Shown here: positions 1 through 9,386 of the stretch, one piece after another
Layout: each line of letters opens with the position of its first letter
How positions within the stretch are numbered: position 1 is the first letter of the stretch
Assembly (NCBI GenBank): GCA_964626055.1
Contig: CAZVDF010000012.1
Location: 4,972 to 68,971, forward strand
Source: an uncultured Leptospirales bacterium
GTDB taxonomy: Bacteria > Spirochaetota > UBA4802 > JAFGDQ01
Length of the DNA: 64,000 nucleotides
Direction of reading: 5' to 3'
Program-made: the position numbers and the translations under genes
The notes under the pieces: model-generated
Told to the model about the DNA's origin: nothing
Database searches by the model: none
Seen by the model: the letters and a program-made list of their open reading frames with translations, nothing else

Positions 1-572
1 TATTAAGCCCTCCCATCGACCAGAAAATAATAGCAGGAAGCTGCTCATAAGGGTCCGCGATGTATTTCAAAAACGACCCCGCAGCCTGAAAAAAAGTGGA
101 TACGATAACGCCTGCAATAACCAGCGTGGTTATTGTATTTATCCCGCGGTTTCCGATCACATAGACCAGGACGACTGCCGTTACTGCCCAGAAGAACGCG
201 AGTGTCTCGATGGAGAACGCAGTTTTACTGACAAATATTATAGCAAGGGAAGCCCCGAAGATAGCTCCCTGCATAATTCCGAGGAACGAAGGAGATACAA
301 GAGGATTCCTCATCAGTCCCTGGAATGTAACTCCGCCGACCGCGAGAGCGGCGCCCGTGAGTATAGCCATAAGAACTCTCGGCAACCTTACCGACCATAA
401 CACCATGGACGGGGTGGCGAGTTCCCCGCCGGCTTCCTGCCCTGTGAGCTTTAAAAATATTATATCCCGGAATGTCTCAAGTTTTATATGATATTGTCCT
501 GTAGTAAGCGCAAATATAATACATAAAACCAGCAGGATGATAATAACTATAAACGCATTTCTCTTTCTCATT
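1..572 (-). CDS. FecCD/BtuC-family ABC permease, N-terminal part (gene continues past the window start); start codon overlaps the stop of the upstream ATPase (ATGA)
   Basis: Hand translation of the reverse strand from 572 down gives MRKRNAFIVIIILLVLCII...LPRVLMAILTGAALAVGGVTFQGLMRNPLVSPSFLGIMQGA. This is the typical FecCD N-terminus with TM helices. It is not in the ORF track because it is truncated at the edge. The + strand ORF 210..491 is antisense noise. Confidence 0.55.
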
Positions 573-1356
573 GCCTGTGATCCGGGAGCACGTATTCTAT
601 GCCGGTATCCGTATTTTCTATTGTCACTCTCATGTCGTACATCGACTCGAGGGATTGTGTATGGAATATTTTATCGCGCAGTCCCTGGTAGACGATGCCG
701 CCGTTCTTAAGCATAATAAGCCTGTTGCAGTACCTGCCGGCAGTATTCGGATCATGAAGCGTTATTAGAGTTGTGAGATTCTTTTCTTTTGTTATTTTTT
801 TTATGAGCTCCATTATTGTGTACTGGCGTTTAAAGTCGAGATGCGAAGTAGGCTCATCCAGAAGCAAAATGCCGGACTTCTGGAATAAAGCCCTTGCTAT
901 GAGCACCATCTGCTTTTCGCCGCCCGAAAGCTCGTTATACCGCCTTTCTGCGAGATGCTCAATACCGAGATCCTCCAGAACCTCGAACGCGTTCAGATAA
1001 TCGTTTTTCTTCGGGATGCCGGAAAATCCGAACCTGCTGTTTCCTGCCATAAGCACGATTTGCAGCACTGTGAAGGAAAACACAACGTTCAGTTCCTGCG
1101 GCACAACAGCTATCAACCCGGCGATCTCTTCACGGGAGAGCCTGGCAATCTCCTGACCGAATATTTTTATCCTTCCCGATTTGCCGTTCAGTATCCCGTT
1201 TATGCATTTCAGGAGAGTGGTTTTGCCGGAACCGTTCGGGCCCAGAAGCCCGCAAATGTCCCCGGCTTTAACCGAAAAGTTAATGTCATTCAGGATTGTC
1301 TTTTCCCTGTAACCGAAATTCAGATCTTCCACAACAAGAATGTCGCCGTTATGCAT
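568..1356 (-). CDS. ABC transporter ATP-binding protein, iron-siderophore/cobalamin (FepC/FecE/BtuD) type
   Basis: Walker A GPNGSGKTT, ABC signature LSGGE, Walker B LLLDEP, H-loop; 262 aa; translationally coupled to the downstream FecCD permease. Confidence 0.85.
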   Translation of the reverse strand: MHNGDILVVEDLNFGYREKTILNDINFSVKAGDICGLLGPNGSGKTTLLKCINGILNGKSGRIKIFGQEIARLSREEIAGLIAVVPQELNVVFSFTVLQIVLMAGNSRFGFSGIPKKNDYLNAFEVLEDLGIEHLAERRYNELSGGEKQMVLIARALFQKSGILLLDEPTSHLDFKRQYTIMELIKKITKEKNLTTLITLHDPNTAGRYCNRLIMLKNGGIVYQGLRDKIFHTQSLESMYDMRVTIENTDTGIEYVLPDHRQ

Positions 1357-1400
1357 TTATATATCCGTTACTTATGTATTAGCTTATTCAAGTAGATAAT

Positions 1401-1523
1401 TCATGCATGATCTGACTGGATAATATCTATTTCGAAACCGCGTAAAAAACATCCTGTTTTATGCGGTTTTGGCGACATCCATGTCGCCGACTCCATAGAT
1501 ATTATCCAGTCAGATCATTATTT
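1401..1523. repeat. Palindromic MITE-like element related to family 1: 23-bp terminal inverted repeats TGATCTGACTGGATAATATCTAT / ATAGATATTATCCAGTCAGATCA and a central hairpin GGCGACATCCATGTCGCC
   Basis: Perfect terminal inverted repeats are visible directly. The core hairpin is homologous to GGCAACATCCATGTTGCC in the copies at 8964-9081 and 15395-15522. Confidence 0.5.
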
Positions 1524-1543
1524 GGCATCTACTGAAAAAAGTT

Positions 1544-2596
1544 CTAAATAGAAAACTCATCAAGAATCCGCCACGATTTCTCTTGCCCTGTTTTCACGAG
1601 AGCCTTCCATGCTACAGTAATTTTTAAGCCTTCAATAGCTACCAGAACATATCCGTGATGATCGCTGTTTGAATACTCTCCCTTCACGCGCATATCTTCC
1701 CTGTATTTCCCCGGCCAGTCTCTCAAACTGCCTCCGCCCGTGCCTAAAATTATCTGTCGGACAGGATTGCCGGTGTCGTCCGGGATCACAGCCCTATTGT
1801 ACATGTGGTCATGCCCGCAAAAATAGATCTTTGCTCCGGCTTTTCCGATGCTGTCCCAGAAAACATCGCGATCTTTATGGAAATAAGAAAGGTTATCTTT
1901 ATGGATCGTTTCGAACGCAGGCTCGTGGCCGAAAATAAAGACATGCGGATTCTTATTTTCCGCAAGCTGCCGGTTAAGCCATTCCTGGTTTATTTTGTGC
2001 TGGCTGATACTATACTGGTCAAGCCCGACAATAAACGCGTTTTTATGGGAGAAACTGTATGTCAGGCATTTTTCTTCAGGCGGCCCGTTCTGCGGAATAT
2101 ATGATTCACAGAACGCCTCTCTGAACGCTTTCCTCAATCTTATAACAGTATCCGGCGGCGGCTCAAGATGGGACGGCAGAGGCGGCAAAGCCAATCGCTC
2201 CGGCCCGCTGTCGTGGTTCCCTCTTACGGGGTATATCCGTATCCCGGCGCGATATACGGCGCCCATAGCTTTTTTCCAGCCTGCATACTGCCCGGTGTAA
2301 TCAATGCCGAAATTTCTGAACCACCCGTTCACAAGATCCCCGGCAACAAGCACAAAATCCGGATTTTCTTTTACAATATCTTCCGCAATTGCTTTTACCG
2401 CTTCATCGTTTATGCAGGATCTGCCGGATTTATTCCGGTTATCGTTCTGGGTGTCGCTTATCACCGCGAACTTCCAGTCTCCGGGTTCCCGGGTGGAAGC
2501 TCCTGCGCAAAAGAAACCAGCGGCGGAAAAAATCAGCAAAGAGAGGGAAATCGCGACAGAAAAAACATTGTATTTCGGCCTGAATACAGACAGCAT
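1544..2596 (-). CDS. Secreted calcineurin-like metallophosphoesterase
   Basis: N-terminal signal peptide. Metallophosphatase motifs GDLVNGW, RGNHDSG, FIFGHEP, CGHDHMYNR. 350 aa. Confidence 0.75.
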   Translation of the reverse strand: MLSVFRPKYNVFSVAISLSLLIFSAAGFFCAGASTREPGDWKFAVISDTQNDNRNKSGRSCINDEAVKAIAEDIVKENPDFVLVAGDLVNGWFRNFGIDYTGQYAGWKKAMGAVYRAGIRIYPVRGNHDSGPERLALPPLPSHLEPPPDTVIRLRKAFREAFCESYIPQNGPPEEKCLTYSFSHKNAFIVGLDQYSISQHKINQEWLNRQLAENKNPHVFIFGHEPAFETIHKDNLSYFHKDRDVFWDSIGKAGAKIYFCGHDHMYNRAVIPDDTGNPVRQIILGTGGGSLRDWPGKYREDMRVKGEYSNSDHHGYVLVAIEGLKITVAWKALVKTGQEKSWRILDEFSI

Positions 2597-2653
2597 TTCC
2601 TTAATATCCTCCGGATCACATCAAATCTGCCGGGACAGGCGTCTAATACCTTC

Positions 2654-2700
2654 CCGTTAAGCAAAAACAGACATAACGTCCGATGTTGTCAAGTAATAAT
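2654..2700 (+). promoter_or_regulatory. Mod-box module copy 1 (degenerate): CGTTAAGCAAAAACAGACATAACG then TGTCAAGTAATAATT, ~120 bp upstream of the porin-like gene
   Basis: Matches the 24-bp palindrome consensus CGTTATGTC-A(n)-CATAACG (right half-site perfect, left with 1 mismatch). Followed at fixed 8-bp spacing by the TGTCAAG box, as in the other six copies. Confidence 0.45.
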
Positions 2701-2823
2701 TCGCTTTTTATCGGAAGAAATTTCTTATAATACCGGAAAAAACAAAGAAATTTATTGACATATATCATGCGTTATATCGATTTTAGCATATCGCAACAAT
2801 ATAATTTTACGGAGGAAAAAATT

Positions 2824-3990
2824 ATGCAAAAAAAAATTTTTATTTTCTTTGTTTTTCTTGTTTTATCTGTTTTTTGTCTGGCCGCGGCAGCTATAGCGCA
2901 GGAAGCGCCCAAACAGGAAGTTCCGAAAGCGCCTGAAAAGCAGTTTGTCGACGTATCCGGGCAGGTGTTTTTCCAATGGGCAAAAGCGCTAACTGTTTCC
3001 GACACTGCGTCGAACGATCATGAGGTTTCGCAATTTTCTTTACAGAGAGCGTACCTGAATTTCAATAAAAAATTCGATGATGTCCTGAGCGCAAAAGTGA
3101 CAACGGACATAGAGAATACCGGGTATGGCACCGATAGCGCGAATACAACTTATAAATTATACATTAAATACGCTTACGCGCAGGCGAAACAGGATTTCGG
3201 GCCGACTAACTTGACCCTGAGGTTCGGGATGATTGATACGCCTGTCATTTCATTTATCGAAAACATAAGCGATGCAAGCTGGATTTACTCTAATTATATC
3301 AGTAAAAGCTCGGATCTTTTTAAAGGCAGCAAGCTCAGCATAGACACCCCGGCCGATATGGGGGCTTCTTTATGCGCCGATATAATAAAGATGGTCAGAA
3401 TTACCGGTCTGTATACGAACGGTAATGGGTACAAATCAACCGCAATGGAAGACAGAAGCAATACAGCCGATAATAAACAATATAAAAATTATGGCAACGC
3501 CTGGCAGGGAATGATAACCGTGACACCGATAGATGGATTATCGGCTTTCGGATTTTACAGGAACCAGGATTGGAATAAAAACACTGACGGGAACTATATA
3601 ATCTATTACGGCGCAGGCGCGGCATATTCGACTAAGCTGATAAAAGCGGGCGCGACATATTCGCTGCCTGAAAAAACAACAAAAAGCACTACAGTTGATA
3701 CAAAAGCCAGGTACTCTTTGCTTGATTCATGGGTTAATGTAAATCTCGATCCTGTTATTCGAATTCCAATTTTACTTTACGGACGTTATGCCGTCGGCAA
3801 AGCCGAGAATAACCAGGCAGAAAAGGACATGGGAACGAAATACGGCAAAAGCACAACCCTTTATGGCATCGGAGCCGGATATGTTGTAAGCGGAAACATG
3901 AGGTTAATGGCCTTCTACCAGAGCACTAAATATAAAGAAGCCAACAAGGCAGATACCGATCTATTTGTTAAAACAGAAATTAAATTTTAA
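2824..3990 (+). CDS. Putative outer-membrane beta-barrel protein (porin-like), secreted
   Basis: RBS GGAGG 8 nt before ATG at 2824. Signal peptide MQKKIFIFFVFLVLSVFCLAAAAIAQ. Alternating amphipathic beta-strand pattern, C-terminal ...KTEIKF with terminal Phe. The ORF-track start at 2755 is probably too far upstream. Confidence 0.5.
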   Translation: MQKKIFIFFVFLVLSVFCLAAAAIAQEAPKQEVPKAPEKQFVDVSGQVFFQWAKALTVSDTASNDHEVSQFSLQRAYLNFNKKFDDVLSAKVTTDIENTGYGTDSANTTYKLYIKYAYAQAKQDFGPTNLTLRFGMIDTPVISFIENISDASWIYSNYISKSSDLFKGSKLSIDTPADMGASLCADIIKMVRITGLYTNGNGYKSTAMEDRSNTADNKQYKNYGNAWQGMITVTPIDGLSAFGFYRNQDWNKNTDGNYIIYYGAGAAYSTKLIKAGATYSLPEKTTKSTTVDTKARYSLLDSWVNVNLDPVIRIPILLYGRYAVGKAENNQAEKDMGTKYGKSTTLYGIGAGYVVSGNMRLMAFYQSTKYKEANKADTDLFVKTEIKF

Positions 3991-4238
3991 TTTTTCAAAA
4001 CAAGAGATCACAGAGGATAACACAGAAAAATCATTGTAACAGATGTAATATTTTTTAAAAAAGGCATTACATTCATGGAATATCAGCTCAAACACATTTT
4101 TCATCGGATGTCCTGCCTTTTTTATATTTGCCATTTTCTGTACTTCTTTCTAAAATTGTCATTCGAATTAATTACATGTATAATTATTCAGAATACAGCA
4201 ACTTTAAATTTTATATTCTTAAATTTTACGAATAAATT

Positions 4239-5093
4239 ATGTTAAACTATATTTCAGATTCAGATATTGAAGGCTTTATAGAAGAAGACGCGCCTTACGG
4301 CGACCTGACCACGCATCTCCTGGGCATTGGAGAAAAAAAAGGCGAGATCGTGTTCTCTTCCCGCGATGAAACAACGCTTTGCTGCACGGAAGAAGCAGGC
4401 AGGCTTTTTGAAAAGCTCGGAGCGAAAGTGATTCTGTCGCTGGCCAGCGGAACAACAGTATCCCCGAACACCGAATTTTTAAAAGTACGGGGTACGGCGC
4501 AGGCCCTGCATTCCGGATGGAAAGCGGCGCTTAATCTTCTGGAATACGCTTCCGGCATATCGAGCAGGACAGCCAGGATAGTAAGATCCGCACGCAAAGT
4601 TAATCCCTCTGTTATGATAGTTTCTACGCGCAAGCTGTTCCCGGGTACAAAGAAGATTGCCGTCAAAGCCGTGGCTGCCGGGGGAGCGCTTCCGCACAGG
4701 CTCGGGCTTTCAGAGACAATACTCGTGTTCAAACAGCATACGGCTTTTCTCGGCGGGCTCGACGTATTTCTTAAAAGCATACCGGAGCTTCGGTCGAGGG
4801 CAAAGGAAACCAAAATAATAGCCGAAGCCGAAAATCCGGAAGAAGCGCTGAAGATAGCATACGCAGGAGCGGATATTGTCCAGATAGATAAAATGAAACC
4901 GGCGGAATTAAGCGAGCTGGTTAAAAAATTACGCGATTCCGCGCCTCAGGTGAAAATATCCGCAGCCGGCGGAATCAACGAATCGAATGCGGCGGAATAC
5001 GCCGCGACCGGGGTAGACATACTCGTCCTTTCTTCCGTCTATTTCGGGAAACCCGCGGACATAGGCGTCCGTATATTACCGATAAAGGAGTAA
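4239..5093 (+). CDS. modD: ModD-like protein (quinolinate phosphoribosyltransferase paralogue found in mod operons)
   Basis: 284 aa with nicotinate-nucleotide pyrophosphorylase fold signatures (…KISAAGGIN… C-terminal TIM-barrel part). Sits immediately upstream of two modA genes. Confidence 0.65.
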   Translation: MLNYISDSDIEGFIEEDAPYGDLTTHLLGIGEKKGEIVFSSRDETTLCCTEEAGRLFEKLGAKVILSLASGTTVSPNTEFLKVRGTAQALHSGWKAALNLLEYASGISSRTARIVRSARKVNPSVMIVSTRKLFPGTKKIAVKAVAAGGALPHRLGLSETILVFKQHTAFLGGLDVFLKSIPELRSRAKETKIIAEAENPEEALKIAYAGADIVQIDKMKPAELSELVKKLRDSAPQVKISAAGGINESNAAEYAATGVDILVLSSVYFGKPADIGVRILPIKE

Positions 5094-5098
5094 TTAAA

Positions 5099-5836
5099 AT
5101 GCAAAAGATTATCTTTTTAATAATATCATTTTTATTTTTTCATCTTTCCGCCAATGCCGCGGAAATAACCTTTGCGGCAGGCGCAGGTTTGAAGGATGTT
5201 CTTAACGACATATCGAACGCATATATGCAGAAAAACCATGATGTTAAAATCACTAAAAATATAGTTGTTTCAGGCATACTTGCCATGCAAATGGACAGCG
5301 GGGCAAAGGTCGATATTGTATTTGTTGCCAATAGAGAATGGATGGATTACCTGAAGGAAAAAAAACACGTTAACAATGAGAGCATTGCGCCGTTTGCCTA
5401 CAATACCCTGGTATTTGTCGGCAAAGGTAAAAATCGCGCGGTGTCGATAGAGGATATTGCCAGGCTCGATAAGATAGCAATAGGAAATCCTAAAAGCGTG
5501 CCGGCCGGTCAATACGCGATTGAAGCTATCAGGAAAGCCGGAATTGAAAATTTGCTCGAGAAAAAGCTCGTAATGTCCCGGGATGTCCGCGAGTGCCTGC
5601 TATACGCCGAGAAAGGCGAGGTGGACGGCGCCTTCGTATATAAGACCGATGCATCGCTCTCATCGAAAGTGACGGTATGGTTCACAGTGCCGCAGAAATA
5701 TTACAGCAGGGTTGTCTATTTATACGCTCTCTCGGCCGACGGGGTTAAAAATAAAAGTGCCGTACAGTTTTTCAATTTCATCCGGAGCGATGAAGCTAAA
5801 AAATCTATTTTAAAATTTGGATTTGAGATCCGTTGA
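5099..5836 (+). CDS. modA: Periplasmic molybdate/tungstate-binding protein, ModA/WtpA family (copy 1)
   Basis: Signal peptide. ModA-family motifs (AAGAGL, …IAIGNPKSVPAGQYA…, FVYKTDA). 245 aa. Confidence 0.8.
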   Translation: MQKIIFLIISFLFFHLSANAAEITFAAGAGLKDVLNDISNAYMQKNHDVKITKNIVVSGILAMQMDSGAKVDIVFVANREWMDYLKEKKHVNNESIAPFAYNTLVFVGKGKNRAVSIEDIARLDKIAIGNPKSVPAGQYAIEAIRKAGIENLLEKKLVMSRDVRECLLYAEKGEVDGAFVYKTDASLSSKVTVWFTVPQKYYSRVVYLYALSADGVKNKSAVQFFNFIRSDEAKKSILKFGFEIR

Positions 5837-5886
5837 TCCGGCGATCAGGACAAAAACAACACACTTGCAAAAGGAGAAAAATTTAT

Positions 5887-6639
5887 ATGAAAAAAAATAT
5901 TATTAAACTAATGCTGGCTTTAGTTTGTGCGATAATATCTGCAGTTCCGGCTTTTGCCGGAGATGTCAATCTGTCGGTTGCCATGAGCCTTAAAGACGTA
6001 ATGACGGACCTGACCCAGCAATTTTCAAAAGAGAATCCGGCCATAAAGTTTCAGACTAATCTCGGCGGATCAGGTGCAATAGCAAAGCAGCTTGAAAGCG
6101 GGGCGCCTGCTGATATGTTCTTTTCAGCCAATATTAAATGGATGAAATTCCTGGAAGAAAAAAAGCTGATTGAAAACAAATACAGTAAAATAATGGCATA
6201 TAACTCCCTTGTTTTTGTAGGCAAACCGGGATTAGATGTAAAAAAAATACAGGACATTATAAAACTCGATAAAATATCGATTGGCAGTCCCAGCAGCGTA
6301 CCCGCCGGCGAATATGCCATGCAGGCTCTAAAAAAAGCCGGTTTTGAAAAACAGCTTGAAAAGAAACTTGTGATGGCAAAGGATGTTCGCACATGTCTTA
6401 TGTATGCGGATAAAGGTGAAGTTAACGGTTCTTTTGTCTACAAAACAGACGCCGAAGAGATGGCAAAGAACGTAAAAATTCTTTTTACTGTTCCCCAGAA
6501 TCTTTACCCGCGCGTAACATATCCGATGGCCCTGACTGTTGCAGGAAGCAAAAATCCGGAAGCTGTTAAATTTTATGAATTTTTACAAACGAAAAAAGCA
6601 AAAACAATTCTTGCGCAGCACGGCTTTATAACAAAGTAA
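5887..6639 (+). CDS. modA: Periplasmic molybdate/tungstate-binding protein, ModA family (copy 2, paralogue)
   Basis: Start refined to the ATG at 5887 (RBS AAAGGAG upstream; signal peptide MKKNIIKLMLALVCAIISAVPAFAG). Same motifs as copy 1 (SIGSPSSVPAGEYA, FVYKTDA). Confidence 0.8.
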   Translation: MKKNIIKLMLALVCAIISAVPAFAGDVNLSVAMSLKDVMTDLTQQFSKENPAIKFQTNLGGSGAIAKQLESGAPADMFFSANIKWMKFLEEKKLIENKYSKIMAYNSLVFVGKPGLDVKKIQDIIKLDKISIGSPSSVPAGEYAMQALKKAGFEKQLEKKLVMAKDVRTCLMYADKGEVNGSFVYKTDAEEMAKNVKILFTVPQNLYPRVTYPMALTVAGSKNPEAVKFYEFLQTKKAKTILAQHGFITK

Positions 6640-6746
6640 ACTAACATACCACTTCTACAATAGTAGGATGTAGATGCTTCCATAAGGCAGGAGGACGAAG
6701 ATTTGGATTCATAACAGCCGTCTATGACGGCGGTTATGAATCCAGA

Positions 6747-6943
6747 GGTCATCTTAAAATTATAAATTCATATAAGTGATTAGCGATAAATAGGGATACA
6801 TTAGAAAATTTTCTGCGGAATCAGACTTTCCTGGTTAATTTTATATGTTTTTGAACGCAACTGCATCAGGTCTGAAAAGCGTCCTCAAAAATTTTCCAAT
6901 GTATCCCTATTTATCAAGAAAGAAAATATAATTTTAAGATAGC
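6747..6943. repeat. MITE-like palindromic element, family 2, copy 1, inserted between modA2 and modB. Nested inverted repeats: outer ATCTTAAAATTATA / TATAATTTTAAGAT, inner AGCGATAAATAGGGATACATTAGAAAATTTT / AAAATTTTCCAATGTATCCCTATTTATC. Core: AAAATTTTCTGCGGAATCAGAC…GTCTGAAAAGCGTCCTCAAAAATTTT.
   Basis: Inverted repeats read directly from the sequence. Homologous copies at 18951-19044, 26547-26800 and 41340-41540. Confidence 0.55.
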
Positions 6944-6964
6944 TTCAATTATATTTTAAAATAT

Positions 6965-7076
6965 AATTTACTCAAGTTGACTGACTTCTTTTATTGATAT
7001 AGTGAACAATAGCGATAAAATGATAAAATTTTATTGCAGATGTTTATACTTTATTTAAAAGAAGTCAGCCAGGTTA
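6965..7076. repeat. Inverted-repeat pair built on the TTACTCAAGTTGACTGAC motif (left arm 6965-6992, right arm ~7058-7076), directly upstream of modB
   Basis: AATTTACTCAAGTTGACTGACTTCTTTT versus AAAAGAAGTCAGCCAGGTT. The same motif forms the outer arms of the 8921-9120 element, and a partial copy lies at 31128-31150 upstream of fliG. It contains a TTGACT -35-like hexamer. Confidence 0.35.
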
Positions 7077-7104
7077 AAAAATAAACTCAGTTTAAATTAA
7101 TTAT

Positions 7105-7791
7105 ATGTTTGAATTTACACAGGCAGACTACTCAGCTATTTTACTTTCTGTTAAGGTAGCGATTACGGCAACCGTTATATCTCTTCCTTTCGGTTTTGCT
7201 GTAGCTTATGTAATGACATATAAACGCTTTCGGGGAATAGTCTTACTGGATGTAATTGTGAATCTCCCGCTTACCCTGCCGCCGGTCGTTATTGGATATA
7301 TTCTGCTTTTGCTTTTAAGCCGGGACGGATTTATAAGCAGAATTCTGCTTCAGCCGCTCGGTATAAGGCTTATCTTTACCTGGAAGGCAGCTGTTATTGC
7401 GACAGCCATTGTTGGTTTCCCCCTCATGGTAAGGTCGATACGTACGGGCATGGAAACTATCGATAAACGGCTTATTCAGGCTTCCCGCACGCTCGGCGCT
7501 GGGAGTATGGACTCGATTATGACGATTATTTTCCCGCTTTCAATTCGCGGAATAATCGCGGGTTCAATTCTTATGTTTGCCCGCGCCCTGGGTGAGTTCG
7601 GGGCCACAATAATCGTCGCAGGCAATATCCCGGGCGTGACCCAGACCATCCCGCTTGCGATTTATGAATATGTAAGCTCCCCAAGAGGAGACCTCATGGC
7701 TATGGCATTATGTACAGTTTCCGTCACAATCTCGGTAATTGTCCTTGTATTTCACGAATGGCTCGGGAGAAAAATGGTAAAGGCCGTCTGA
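7105..7791 (+). CDS. modB: Molybdate ABC transporter permease
   Basis: 228 aa, 5-6 TM helices. Conserved ABC-permease EAA-like loop (…ASRTLGAGSMDSIMTIIFP…). Confidence 0.85.
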   Translation: MFEFTQADYSAILLSVKVAITATVISLPFGFAVAYVMTYKRFRGIVLLDVIVNLPLTLPPVVIGYILLLLLSRDGFISRILLQPLGIRLIFTWKAAVIATAIVGFPLMVRSIRTGMETIDKRLIQASRTLGAGSMDSIMTIIFPLSIRGIIAGSILMFARALGEFGATIIVAGNIPGVTQTIPLAIYEYVSSPRGDLMAMALCTVSVTISVIVLVFHEWLGRKMVKAV

Positions 7792-7792
7792 T

Positions 7793-8845
7793 ATGGAATT
7801 ATCTTTCAACCTTAAAAAGAAATATCATTCATTTTCGCTGGATATCGATTATTCCGCGCATGGCGGCAGAACCGGGGTGTTCGGTCCGTCAGGAAGCGGT
7901 AAATCCACTCTCATGAGCCTGCTCGCCGGGCTTGAGCATCCGGACAGCGGATTTATCAGCCTCGACGGGGAGACGCTTTTCGACAGCGGACATCATGTCA
8001 GCATTCCGCCCGATAAAAGAAGGATAGGCATTGTTTTCCAGCAGCCGCATCTTTTCCCGCATCTTTCGGTTCGGAATAACCTGCTCTACGGATTCAAACG
8101 TTCCGCGCCGGGAGACCGCAAAATAACTCCGAACAGCATTGTAAATGTCCTCCGGATAGAAAATCTTATGCACAGAAATGTGGCCAATCTGTCCGGAGGA
8201 GAAAAACAGCGCGTCGCAATCGGCAGAGCCGTTCTCTCGAATCCCAGGCTTCTTCTAATGGACGAACCTCTGTCGGGCCTTGACGACAAGCTGAAATTCC
8301 AGATCATCCCGTTCATAAAAAAAACATGCGAGACATTCAACATACCGTATATCTTCATATCGCATTCGATACTTGAAATGAGAATAATGACGGACCGCGT
8401 TCTGCCGATCTCCGAAGGCCGCGCCGCGGGAAGCGTCACATCCGATGAACTGGCCCTGGGGCACATGAAGGATTCAGCCGGCTATATCAATCTTTTAAGG
8501 CTTCAAAATCCCAGAAGGATCGACGGCATGTACGCGTACAGATGGGGCGGACAGAACGTTTTAATTTCCGACGGCAGCGATACGGACGAAGCGCTTTTCC
8601 AGATATTATCAACGGATATAATACTTTTTAAACGCCATCCTGAAGCTACCAGCGCGAGAAACCTTCTGAAATGCAGGGTCAAGAATGTTTTTCAAACCGG
8701 ACACAGGCTCGGTGTCGAGCTCGATTGCGGCGGAGAAAAGCTTATCGCTGAAATAGTAAAAGAGTCCGCCGAAGAGCTCGGAGTCCGCGAAGGAGCGGAG
8801 ATATTTGCCGCGATGAAAGCGGTCGCATTCAGGCGGCTGCTGTAG
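7793..8845 (+). CDS. modC: Molybdate ABC transporter ATP-binding protein with C-terminal TOBE (Mop) domain
   Basis: Walker A GPSGSGKST, LSGGEKQR, LLMDEP; C-terminal ~70-aa TOBE-like beta domain; start overlaps the modB stop. Confidence 0.85.
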   Translation: MELSFNLKKKYHSFSLDIDYSAHGGRTGVFGPSGSGKSTLMSLLAGLEHPDSGFISLDGETLFDSGHHVSIPPDKRRIGIVFQQPHLFPHLSVRNNLLYGFKRSAPGDRKITPNSIVNVLRIENLMHRNVANLSGGEKQRVAIGRAVLSNPRLLLMDEPLSGLDDKLKFQIIPFIKKTCETFNIPYIFISHSILEMRIMTDRVLPISEGRAAGSVTSDELALGHMKDSAGYINLLRLQNPRRIDGMYAYRWGGQNVLISDGSDTDEALFQILSTDIILFKRHPEATSARNLLKCRVKNVFQTGHRLGVELDCGGEKLIAEIVKESAEELGVREGAEIFAAMKAVAFRRLL

Positions 8846-8920
8846 TCCGAAAATAATATTTTTATTTGCTTTATTCTCTCCTGCGCATTATAATCCGAAC
8901 ATAATCTTTAAAAATAAACA

Positions 8921-9120
8921 AATTATTTACTCAAGTTGACTGACTTTTATCACACTTAATACTATCGATAGAATGATAGATTATGATCAATTTTCCGCAT
9001 CAAATACCCCATCCGTGGACTCTTCGGCGGTCGGCAACATCCATGTTGCCTTAAAATTGATCATAATCTATCATTCTATCGCAAATGTTTATAAAAAAGT
9101 CAGTCAAGATGAGTTATTTA
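8921..9120. repeat. Composite palindromic element: outer arms AAATTATTTACTCAAGTTGACTGACTTTT / AAAAAGTCAGTCAAGATGAGTTATTTA enclosing MITE-like family 1 copy A (8964-9081: TIRs ATCGATAGAATGATAGATTATGATCAATTTT / AAAATTGATCATAATCTATCATTCTATCG, core hairpin GGCAACATCCATGTTGCC)
   Basis: The core 8985-9052 is the reverse complement of 15425-15495 (copy B, opposite orientation). Confidence 0.55.
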
Positions 9121-9132
9121 AAGGAGGCGCAT

Positions 9133-9339
9133 ATGCAATTAAGCGCAAGAAACCAGCTTAAAGGCAAAGTGCTCAGCGTCGATCTCGGGACCATTATGGC
9201 AAAAGTAAAGATCGATATCGGCGGGGGTAACAAAATAACATCACTGATATCCAAAGAAGCTGTCGAAGACCTGAAAATAAAAGCAGGTGACAGCATCACA
9301 GCTATTATTAAAGCTACCGAGGTTATGGTAGGGAAATAA
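9133..9339 (+). CDS. mop: Molbindin: stand-alone TOBE/Mop-domain molybdate-binding protein (~68 aa)
   Basis: RBS AAGGAGG 6 nt upstream of the ATG at 9133. MQLSARNQLKGKV…ITAIIKATEVMVG matches the TOBE/Mop fold pattern. The ORF-track start at 9085 is probably too early. Confidence 0.7.
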   Translation: MQLSARNQLKGKVLSVDLGTIMAKVKIDIGGGNKITSLISKEAVEDLKIKAGDSITAIIKATEVMVGK

Positions 9340-9386
9340 ATTTTTATTTATAATTAGTAATTCAACAATATTAAAGTATTCATTAA

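Noticed and set aside
210-491. Plus-strand 93-aa ORF from the track
   Set aside because: Low-complexity, Pro/Ala/Arg-rich translation. The opposite strand encodes a clean FecCD permease N-terminus, so this is antisense noise.
4295-4813. Minus-strand 172-aa ORF inside modD, and similar antisense ORFs inside fliI (33463-34011, 34040-34591), the coiled-coil gene (42057-42984), nqr genes and the giant gene
   Set aside because: All are embedded antisense in strongly supported genes and have Ser/Pro/Arg-rich, low-complexity translations typical of GC-skewed antisense frames
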